From the human T2T-CHM13v2.0 reference genome, Homo sapiens: DNA of 64,000 bases. Of this stretch, positions 52,736-64,000 are shown one piece after another. Position 1 is the first letter of the stretch. Every line of letters begins with the position of its first letter. The notes beneath the pieces are model-generated. The model was given only the letters and a program-made list of their open reading frames with translations. It had not been told where the DNA came from and ran no database searches. The translations under genes were made by a program, and so were the position numbers. Location: the NCBI RefSeq assembly GCF_009914755.1, contig NC_060938.1; one strand, 5' to 3'.

Positions 52736-55111
52736 GTCTCTCATGTAAATGAAAAATTCTTATTCTCACTGTGTGATAAAATTTTTTTGTAGACAAATGT
52801 AGAGATGTGGTAAAGAAAAATCAGATCTCAAGAAGTGAGAAAAAAACTAAATTTTTTTAGATGTGTGATTTTTTTATAGCAAAAAAGGTCAGAAAAATGT
52901 AAGTACAACATTTTCTAAAAATATTTAATGTCACCTGGTGGCTTCCTGTTGACATAAAGGGATGTTTTAACCAACAATAAATGTTCCAGAATTAAATGTC
53001 TCAGTCTTGCATGTGGAAGACAAATGGGAAAAGGAGGAAATTTTTTAATACTCTTTTCTGCTTTTAGCTTAGAAGTAATTGCCTATAATGAGAGTTCATT
53101 ATACCATATCCCCACAATGCACATATTTAGATTCAAAATTAGAGATATGGGGTGACAGTAAAGTTTCTGGAAGATCCTCAGTACAATGATGTGTGAATTG
53201 AACTACACTCACAAAACAAATTGTTATCACAGAAACAGTCAACTTCCTTAAGAGGCTAAATAGTACCAAGACTAGATAAGGAAAGACGTAGGTCAAATTC
53301 GATTAATGTTTTTAAACATCTAAAGAAGGAATATATACATCAGAATTTTTCAAACCCTTGACAGCATGGAACCTCAGAAAAAAGAAACATTGAAAAGACA
53401 AATTAACAACTGCTTTTCTAATCACTGCCTATAGCAAAGGGTTCTGTACCCTAAGAGTCAGTTATATCTGTTATCAGATATTACTGACATCTGATATCTG
53501 GTATCTGATATTAGAAACATATATTTTCAATGTTGGTGGTGTACGAAGCTTAGTGTATTAAAATGCTGATTCATTTTACTCTAGTCCATACTTACTTACC
53601 AAGGCATTAGTGAGTTGTAATTTGGTTCTCCTTATGTCTTCTATAAACAGTGTTAGTGTTCTTATACTTTAGAAGGTAGATTTTAAAGTATAACAGGGCA
53701 TTGTTGTTACATACTTTAGCACCTACTTACTCTAATTATCAACCAGTCATCTGCCCAAGAACAGTCAAATCTGGAACTTGATGACATTATGTTAATTAAT
53801 CAGTTGAAAACATTTACAATTAATTTACACACACACAACTATATATATATGGGCTGCCTAATACGTGTGAGATATTGGGAATAAAACGTGGTAGGGAAAA
53901 TATTCAAGAAAGGTGTTTTTTTTTTTTTTTTTTTTTGCATCCTTGCAGTACTGCTATATGTATAGAATCTTTTGAAAAGCTAGAATCTGTTGAAAAATTA
54001 TAACTACATTCTGATCTTAACATCGTAAATTCATATCCTCATTTGTACTGTGGATTGTAGTCAGGGAGTTCTATTATATTTAGTGAAAATTTCTGGAAAA
54101 AAAAAAAAGACCCTATGACACACCACAGTGAGTGGAGATGATAGTAACATTATGCTCCAAGCCATCAAGTCTATGAATTCTCTTGGACAGTTTATAGTTC
54201 ACAAGTCATAGTGAGTCTTTACACCATTGATAATGATTTATGAATAGTCACTACCTAAGCATGAGCCCTGCAGTGTATAAAAGAAATCCTTCTACTTTGC
54301 TACAAATCAGATCCACTGAGATTCTGCCTCCCTGTTATTTACTTGTTTGTGAGGCCTAAATTGACTAAAGCCTGCTCAGAAAGGCATCTAAATATCTCAG
54401 GACTGTCACAGCCAAGAAGAGGCTCTAGCTTTCCAGGGCATTTGAGAGACAAGTGAATGTCAATAAATTTCCTGTAAAAAAAATTCCACATTTGAAAACT
54501 TTACTGAAATATGGACAATTTATCATGTTTCTCCATGTTTGCCTTGGTTTATCTGTAATATTATTTTACTTGCATAAACATTATTTTTGTTTGAAAATTA
54601 TGCATCTATGTTTGATAGCATGCTTTTGAAAACAAGACATTTAATGTCAAAAAAGAAGCATGAACAATATACCACTATTCAAATTATTTTTTAATCCTTT
54701 GATGTTGGTTTGTTTGTAGCTGTTAAAATAGTCAATTATGTAAAAAATGTCCTTTGAGAAATGTTTTCATATAAAATCTGTAGTGCAGAGTGTAACTGAC
54801 AAGTCCTATATACAGACACACTATCAGCCACTTTATGATTGATTTTGTATTTTTAGTGAAAATGACAGTTGGTTATGATTTAAAACTGGAAGCATTGGCA
54901 GAAGATATGCTAATACTTTGACAACACTTACCAAGCTAGCAGGAAAAGTGACAAGATAAATAGCACTAGGCAAAAACCCACTCAATAAATATATGACTAG
55001 TTTGGGGCTAATTAACCCTGTTATAGAAGCTGGGTCTTATGGACAACAAGTAGTGCCAAGGCAGAAATGCTGAGAGACATGGTGAGAACACTTTACATCT
55101 GCTTTTTTTAA

Positions 55112-55412
55112 AGCATTTTTCAAATATATAATACATTGTTATTAACTATAGTCACCATGTTGTACAAGAGATCTCTTGGACTAATACTTGCCATCTGGTT
55201 GAAATTTTGTATCCCTTGACCAACATCACCCCAACCCGCCCCGTGCCACAACACACAGCCACCCCAGCCCCTGGTAACCAGCATTTTACTCCTTAGTTTT
55301 ATGTGATAACTACAAGGTCTCATACGTCATATGTTAATTAGCTGGATTTAGTCATTTCATAATGTACATGTACTTCAAAACCTCATGTTGTACATGTGAC
55401 TTTTTTCGATAA
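55112..55412 (+). mobile_element. Short L1MA 3' UTR fragment with 5' inversion (antisense 55112-55303, sense 55304 to about 55400)
   Basis: Antisense 'attgttattaactatagtcaccatgttgtaca...cccctggtaacca' joined to sense 'catatgttaattagctggatttagtcatt...cttcaaaacctcatgttgtaca'. Confidence 0.7.
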
Positions 55413-58400
55413 TTTTTTTAAGCATTAAAAAAGAGAGATAGTGGACTCTTTTGCAATTCAAGCAACCATAAACATGTGAGGACTTATCCAGGGTTAAGGC
55501 AAAGCAAGACAAATCCATGGTTCTGTTATTATAAATACTGAAGAACTACGTAGGCAGCATTCAGGGTTCTCAGAGACATTTGCATGAGTGGAAATAGGAG
55601 CAGGTAAAGGTTGAGGGGATGCTGAGCCACCAAGGCAATGGGGCCAAGTGTGCTATTGCTGAAGACTTGAGTGCTAGTCATAGTGAGGAATTACCATATT
55701 AGCATAGGAGATTAGGACAATTGCAGACAGCACCTACCCACGAAAAGAATAGGAGCAATGGGAGCTATAGAAAATGTTTTGCCTCAGAATCTGCTCATGC
55801 GTGACTCACACTTGGGCCAGGGAAACTCAGTTTTGTCTCAAATAGAAATGATTTGGCCAAGAAAAGTAAAGGATATATTGGGTTATTGATAACCAAGAAA
55901 AACAGGGTATCATCAATTTGCAGAGGCAATGTACTTTATTTTCTATGATCTTCTAACGTGTAAACAACAACAACAATAAAAAGCTGATGATAATACTGAC
56001 TCAGCATATCATACACTTGGTCCATAAAATACAACAGGAGGTAAAATAACTGATAGGATAATACAGTTGCTAATTGAGGGCCTCACCTCACAAACACGAC
56101 GACGCTAAAGGCTCATTGAGATAGTGATTGTTAATAGACTTCTACCATAGAGTATTTAACTAGATTGTTAAAATGCATTAAAGTTACTTGGTGACTGACT
56201 GCAAAGTTGATTTACTCAGTGTAGAAATATACTCCCCACCCTTCTTGTAATTATAAGATTTATACTATGTACTCTTTGCTGGCTGTACATTAATTTTAAA
56301 AGTAGGTGGCATGAGATAAAAATAATAAAGTGAGAAGGTCCAGTCACAACCATTTTCTCTGTTTGCTTTGCAAGTCATTAATTCTTCAGAGTTTGAAATC
56401 TATTCTTCATAAGGTTTATGTGAATTTTAGCAATGTTTTTTGAACAGCATATGGGGTGGCAATTCCAAATGATGGATAGCATTTGCAAAGATTAAAAATT
56501 AAAATAATTGAGTGTTTCCTTGGGAAAAGTCATTCAGAGAGCATTCTACCTTTAATCTGGTTTCCCTGCTCAATTGTTTATAAATTTAAATATTTTTGGG
56601 ATCACTGGAGGAAAATAAAGCTCTCCAAAATTATGCTGTGATAAAAATGAATTATATTTTTTAAGGTTTCTAACGTACAATGTTTCTCTTTCAAGGAGTA
56701 AATATCATTTAATTTACAAAAAATAATAATAATTTAAAGGTCACAGACTACCTTTTTTTTCTCTCTTTGACACTTTGCACATTCATCTCATTGTCTGACT
56801 GTTTACCTCATTCATTCAGTAATATAAATTCCTTGGCATTTAGCTGGATCTTTTTTCCCCTTGTGGTTTGAAGTTCTTTCCCTTTTTTAATTAGATTGAC
56901 CTTTTGGTACACTTGAATGCCCTCAACCTGACAAAGAATAACTGTTTTCTTCTAAGGCAACCAGAAATGAACAGAGAAAGAGTGAAAACACTGACATAAA
57001 ATAAAACTTTTGATGCAGTGATCTGGGTAGTATAATTGTATAATTGCTACTTCTCATAGTCACTAACATACAGAAATACCTGGTTTCCCTCAATTCTCAG
57101 AGCTTTAATGTGATGAACTGCTTCATATCTTACTAAATTAACACTTTTAGGGAGCTCCTTAAAACTAATGTGTTTAAATTATTTTTAAAGTATTTAGTAA
57201 CAGCTGACCTGCCTTACCTTTTCTAAAACCCAATATATAGTATGGAATAATTAAAAATATGACTCATCCTCTTGGTCAGTCATTATTGTGTACATGTGCA
57301 CATGATACACATATACACATGGGCACACACATACACATAACATATTTTTCTTTTTGTAAAAGTAAATTTTGAATAACATTTAGTATATAGTCATCTGTTG
57401 AGGGTTGAATCTACCCTGACCAATTATCCTACAAACATTCAAATACTTATGATATACCCTCCCATACATGACCCATAATACAAAACTCGTATAATTATAA
57501 GGCTATGTAAACTAATCCATTTTGACTAATGCCTCATTTGTCAAAGCTTGAGATACGAAGTAGGCAAGAAACAAACTCTGAAACTTTGTGATGAATATAA
57601 CAGAGTCATAATAATATCAATACATATTATTTTTAATTATTCTGACATCACATTTCTATCTCCAAGAGCAAAAAAAAAATAAAACTTTTAAAATGTATAC
57701 ATTTAGAACAAACTGACTGATGCATACTCCATTATTTCAGAGTTATAAATTGACTATTTAAGTATTGTAATTGCTTGGTCAACCTGTTCTGAGTACAGGA
57801 AAATATGATAATTGAATCTCTAAATAGGTAAAGCAATTATTTTAAAAAAACACCAAAGATATCTTTTTCAAATTTATAGCCTAGATAAAATTATATCTGG
57901 AATATGCAACTGGAGATAGAAGAGATATTAGAAAACTAGTAAAACAATCTAATAATTTTATAGAGTGGCATGTAGACACCGATGTCAGAAAAAAAACACT
58001 CTCTAATAGAAAATTATTAAAATTTTATGGCAAGCTTCACATTAAAGAGTATTGCAAACCTATAAAACTAATATATATAAAGACTAGTGACATGAAAATA
58101 TATTTATAATTTAACTTTGAGTAAAAAAAATAAAGCCACATAACAATTTTAGTAAGATCGCTGTGTGTGTGTATATGTGTGTGTGTGCTCATGTGCATAG
58201 GTATATATGAAACTCAGGCATTTAGTCTATCATTATTCATAAGTTGAATTGATTTAAAAAGTTATAGATCACTGTTTTATATAATATTTTTATTATAAAA
58301 TAGTTATAATAAAAATTATTCTAGTTCTGAAAAAATTGGGTAGATGAAAGGTTTTTTAATGTTCTTGTGTTATTTAAACGAAAACAACTGGTGACAACAT

Positions 58401-58559
58401 TTATAAGTCTTTGTAGGATCTCTATGCTAATTTAAGACATGTCATGCTAACAAATGCTGGTTCTAGTAATGATAATAGTAATTTTAATAATAACATCAAA
58501 AATTTCAACAACAATAACAATACTATGTGCTTGATTACTTTAAAGATGTTTAAAGACGT

Positions 58560-59672
58560 GGACCAATGATGCCAAGGTAATTTTACAAAGATGTAAAACC
58601 TTTTACAAAGGTGTACATTTTTGTCCTATTTGGTGGAGAAAAAAATAGTCTTTTCAAGAAGTGATTCTGACACATCAGATATCCATATGTAGAAAGATGA
58701 ATTTAGATCCTTAGCCTATACCGCAGGCAAAACTTAACTAACATCAATAATAGCACTAAATGTAAAAGCCAAAACTAAATAATTTTTAGAAGAAAACACG
58801 GAAGAAAATTGTTGTGACTTTGAGGTAAACAAATAATCCTTAGCCACAAAAATTAAACTACAATCTATAAAGACAACAATGAGTAATTGAATTTCATGAG
58901 AACTAAGTCAAGCCAGGAACATGGAGAAAATATTTGCATGTCATATATCTGATAAAGACCTTGTATCTAGAAAAATAATAATCTGACAACTCATTAATAC
59001 GACAAATAACAGAATTTAAAGGTGGGCAAAATATTTTAATAGACCTTTCATCAAAAAAAGATATCAAAAATTATTAACATCATAGTTATTAGGAAAATAC
59101 AAGCTAAAACCACAGTGAGATTCTGCTTCACAAACCGACATTGATCAGACTGTGAAGAAAAGGAAATTCTCATATTTTGCTTATGAGAATGTCAAATATG
59201 CCAGCCACATTGGAGCATAATTTCATAATTGTTTCATATTAGGTAGCAATTCTAAATCTAGCGATCTATCTGGGACAAATGAAAACATATTTTCACACAA
59301 AGCCTTGGATGCAAATTTTTATAGGAACATTATTCATGAGAATCAGAAACTGGAAACATTCCAAATCTATATCAATTGGTGAATGAATAAACAAAATGTG
59401 ATATATTCCTACAGTGGAATGTTATTGAATAATATAAAGGAATATGCTACAAGATGGATGAGCATCAAGAAAATGTTGCTAACTAAAAGAAGCCAAATAC
59501 AAAAATATAACATGTTATGATAATTTTAATATAAAATGTCTAGAAGAGACAATCTATTTCTAAAATCGTAATGTGACTATGGTTGCAGAACTCTGAAAGT
59601 TTTTGAAAAGTCACTGTATTGTATACATTTTAGGGTATTTAATTATCCTGAAATATAACTGGTAAAAAAAGT
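58560..59672 (+). mobile_element. Old L1M (L1MB/ME-type) ORF2 3' part and 3' UTR
   Basis: 'tagtcttttcaagaagtg', 'ggagaaaatatttgcatgtcatatatctgataaag', 'aaaaccacagtgagat', 'aaaagaagccaaatacaaaa'. Confidence 0.7.
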
Positions 59673-60689
59673 AAACCATTTAAATTTCCCCTAAGAGTCC
59701 ACATGATATGATAACTTCTATCGCCACTTGGATACCACAGTGTAATAGAAGTTACAACCATTGCAATGAAGCAAGAAAATAAATAAAATGCATGAAGAAT
59801 CCAAATAATCAAGTACCTTATTTTTTAATGATATCTTTAGAGTGATGTCAGTGATAATGACAGACTAGAAAACTTTAAAACTCTATCTCTCCATAGAAAG
59901 CAACGTATACACTGGCAAAAACTGTGAGAATCAACTCATTTTTAACACCAGAATCTAATAAAAGCCTTACAACAACCAGAGAATTTTTGACAAGAGAGCT
60001 TGGTGGTGTTTTAACACACTCTATTACCATTCCTTAATCCCCAGCTTGGAGGCAACCTTGACATCAGCTCCTATTCTTAGTGCAGGTAGATGCAACGGAG
60101 GGAGTAATACAGGCCTCATTCTCCAAAGATTGTGATTGTGTGTTATAATCTGTTAGGGATCTTTACCTGATGGTTCCCTGAAGGGTTTGCCTTTATTTGG
60201 CCTTCCTTAGACCTTTTCCAGGGCTGAGGATCATATGAATCACAGGGGAGCATTTGTTGAAAGCATTTAAAGACAAATGAAATTAACCACTGACAACTGT
60301 AAATAAGGCTAACATTTAGGGCAAGCAATAGAACAAAAACCATGGGTAGGCAGAGGTTAGGGAAGGAGATACATGAAGAAATTAGAACTTTGAAAAACTC
60401 ACAAGTATTATGTGAAATTTAGAGAGTCATGCATAGTCACAGAGTTGGACATGTACTCAGAAAAGACTTGAGAAGACCCTAAGATTTTACTATTGGCCAA
60501 AAGGCACCACACAGTAGGAAGTGAAGGCTAAGGAAGAGTTGAAAACTGCCTAGATAAGCAGTAAGGCAGTGATTCAACAGACAACTAACCTGCACAGATT
60601 GGGTGACTTTTTGTTTGCTGTTATATATATATATATAACTTTTGGGGCTAGTCAATCGTTAGAGATAATAAATGGCTGAGCAGGCAGCA

Positions 60690-61075
60690 TGTGTTTAATA
60701 CGCAAACTAACCAATTGAGAGCCATATCTCTTCTATCTGGCCCATACACCTCAGGGGAAATTATTCCTCTAAATTAATCATCCCAGGACCAGACACCAGG
60801 CAACTAGAGACCATATCTTTAGCTTAGAGCCCACCAGAAGTATTCAAACTAACCAGTCCTACACTGTTCACTTTGCTCTGCCTTGCCTTTCCTGCAGAAA
60901 CCCAAATAAAGGCTCTGGCCTAATGCTTTCCCTTCACTCCATCTTCTGCCTCTTGACTGCCCCAGTGTCTTTCCTGTGCTGCTCTACATGGCATGCCATG
61001 CCTCCTGTCTCAAGGATTGTGAGTATAATAAAGTTTGTATACCTGAGCTTCTCTTATGTCTCCTCTTGTGCCTTC
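60690..61075 (+). mobile_element. ERVL LTR fragment (MER73/MER74/MER54 group) inside the L1M 5' region
   Basis: 'caccaggcaactagagacc...tattcaaactaaccagtcct...cccaaataaaggctctggcc...gtgagtataataaag'. Confidence 0.65.
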
Positions 61076-61853
61076 ACACAACTAGCCATCACTAATAGAA
61101 CAGAGATCTCTATGGCCAATATGACAAAAGAAAAAAGAGAAAACACACTTCATAAAATTAGTTGGGAAAAGTCAGTAAACAAACAACAATCACAACAAGC
61201 AGCAACCACACATCATGGACATGAGTGAGAATCCGATTTCCAGAGTTGCCATCTTACACTAATCAAAATATCCAGTTTTCAACAACATGAAGCATGGCCC
61301 ATTTCTAAGGATAAAGAAAGCAATGAAAATTTAGTCCTGAAGAAGCCCAAATATTAGTTTTAATGATAAAATGCTTTAAAACTGTTACAAATATGTTTGA
61401 ATGGCTAAAGAAAACCATGGTAATATAACTAAAGGAAACCAGGAGAATAATATTAATACATCACTAGATAGAAAGTATTGATAAAGAGGTTAAAAAAGTT
61501 TAAAAGGAAGCAAATAGAACTTCTAAAGTTGAAGCACAAAAACAGAAATGAGAAAATCACTCCAGGGGTTCAACAGCAGATGTGGGCAAGCAGAAGAAAA
61601 AAGTCAGCTAACTTAAAAATAGATCAGTTGAGAGTATACAATCTGAGGAGCAGAAAGAAAGATGAATAAAGAAAAAAAAATAGAGCCTAATAAACTTCAA
61701 GGTCACCATCAAGTGCTCCATCACATGCATAATGGGAATCCTAAAAGGAGAGAAGAGATACAGGCATAAATAATAGTTGAAGAGATAATGGATCACATAT
61801 TTAAAGTCTTGACAGAAAAAAAAAAAACAAAAAAACTATGAAACAAGAGATCT

Positions 61854-62155
<302 letters not shown>

Positions 62156-63681
62156 GTTCTATATTTGGTAAACCTATCCTCTAAAAATGAAGGAGAAATT
62201 GGGACATTTGCAGATAAACAAAAACTGAGGGCACTCATTGCTTGTAGACATGCCCTGTGAGAAATGCTAAAGAGAATTCTTTGGACTGAAATGAAAAGAC
62301 AATAGAAAGTAATTTGAAGACATATGAAGAAATAAAGAACACGGTAAAATATAACTCCATAGGTATTTATTATAGCCAGTATTTTTGTATCTTTGGTTTA
62401 TAAGTTATTTTCTTTATAATTTAAAAGACAAATGAACAAAATGCTACCTATGTCAAAGGGCAAACAATGTATAAAGATATAATAAGTGATAATTACAACA
62501 AAGTGGGTGGTATAAGTTATATCTGAGCACATTTTTGAATGTTATTTAAATTAATTTGGTATTAGGTCATATAAAATTGTTATAATTTAAGATAATCTAA
62601 ATACCCAGGATAACCACTAGGAAAATAACTAAAAAAATGCACAATAAATAAATTAGAAGAGAATAAAAATAGCACATATGCACAAAAAGGCACATACACA
62701 AATGTGATTAAACAAAAAGAAGGTAGTAATAGCGAAACTGAGGAATGATCTCCCCTCCCCTGAATATATGGCATAGAGAAAACAAACAAAAAAACAGTAT
62801 TCTTACCCTTATCAGCAATTCCAATAAATTTAAATGAACTAAACTTTCAAATGAAAAGGCAGAAATTGGCAGAATAAAAAAATTAACAAAGAAGCAACTA
62901 TGCTGTATACAAGAGATTTACTTCACAAGCTTAGAAAAGATCCTCTCACTTTTAGAAAAGCAGCAAATAATTTGAAAGTGAAGTATGCAAGAGATATTCC
63001 ATGCCAATAGTAATCAAAAGAGAGCGGAAATGGCTATGCTATTATCAGATGAAGTATCCTGAAAAAAAAATTACAAGAGACAAAAGCACTATATATTGGT
63101 AATATAGTCAATCCATAAAATCTTTAAAATTTACAAACATATACCTATCTAACAACAGTCTCTTAATAGATCAAACAAAAACTGCAGGACTGAAAGGATA
63201 AATACATTGTTTTACAATAGTATTTGTAAACTTTAATACTCCACTTTCAATAATGGATAGAAAAACTCAATAGCAAAAAGAAAATAGAAGACTTGAACAA
63301 TGCTATAAACAAACTAGACCTAACACATACACACATATATAGGACAGTCCATCAAACAACATCAGAAAATGTATTTTCCTCAGGTACACATGAAACAGTA
63401 TCCAGGATAGACCACATTTTAGGCCAAAAAACAAGTCTCAAAACAATTAAGAAGACTGAAATAATACAAGGTAACTTTTTCAAGTTACTTTGAATAAAAT
63501 GAAACTAGAAATAAAAAAAATTTTGCAAATATGTGGGAAAAATATCCTTAAACAAGTAATAGGTCACAAAAAGAAATTTTTTTAAGGTAAATTAGTTGAG
63601 ATGAGTGGAAACAAAAACACAATATATCAAAATTTATAAAATGCAATGAAAGTATTGCTCCAATGGAAATTTATAGCTCTA

Positions 63682-63824
<143 letters not shown>

Positions 63825-64000
63825 AATAGAAAACAGATACAAAACCAGTAGCCTAACTTTCGACTAAAATAAAATAGAAAAAGAAGAGCAAACTATATAC
63901 AGAGCAAGCAGTAGAAAATTGTAAAGACAGGGATTAATGAAACAGAGAATATAAAAACAATTAATACAACCAAAAGTTGGTTATTTGAAAAGATCAATCG

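Noticed and set aside
58286-58316. 13-bp A/T-only inverted repeat with a 5-nt spacer
   Set aside because: Low-complexity AT context makes it unremarkable.

Overview
AT-rich, CpG-poor primate (human-like) genomic DNA, either intergenic or deep intronic, made mostly of transposable-element relics. I recognise no host protein-coding exon, tRNA/rRNA or CpG island. The long ORFs in the track are broken pieces of one L1 ORF1/ORF2; the rest are Alu, THE1, microsatellite or chance ORFs. Main content: a full-length, TSD-flanked L1PA5-like element on the minus strand (41489-47605; dead ORF1/ORF2/ORF0, with the 129-bp ZNF93-target segment retained); a complete THE1 (ERVL-MaLR) provirus with an L1PA 3' fragment inside its 5' LTR; a twin-primed (5'-inverted) L1MA carrying an AluS and a Tigger3b; several ancient L1M copies; ten Alus; an ERVL integrase remnant with LTR33; other LTR, MIR, L2 and MER5 fragments; and microsatellites. 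I found no convincing novel biological system. The most interesting observations are structural oddities of the insertions and a few candidate regulatory or RNA-structure motifs in the unique sequence. Subfamily names come from remembered consensus motifs, not a database search, and boundaries of old repeats are approximate.
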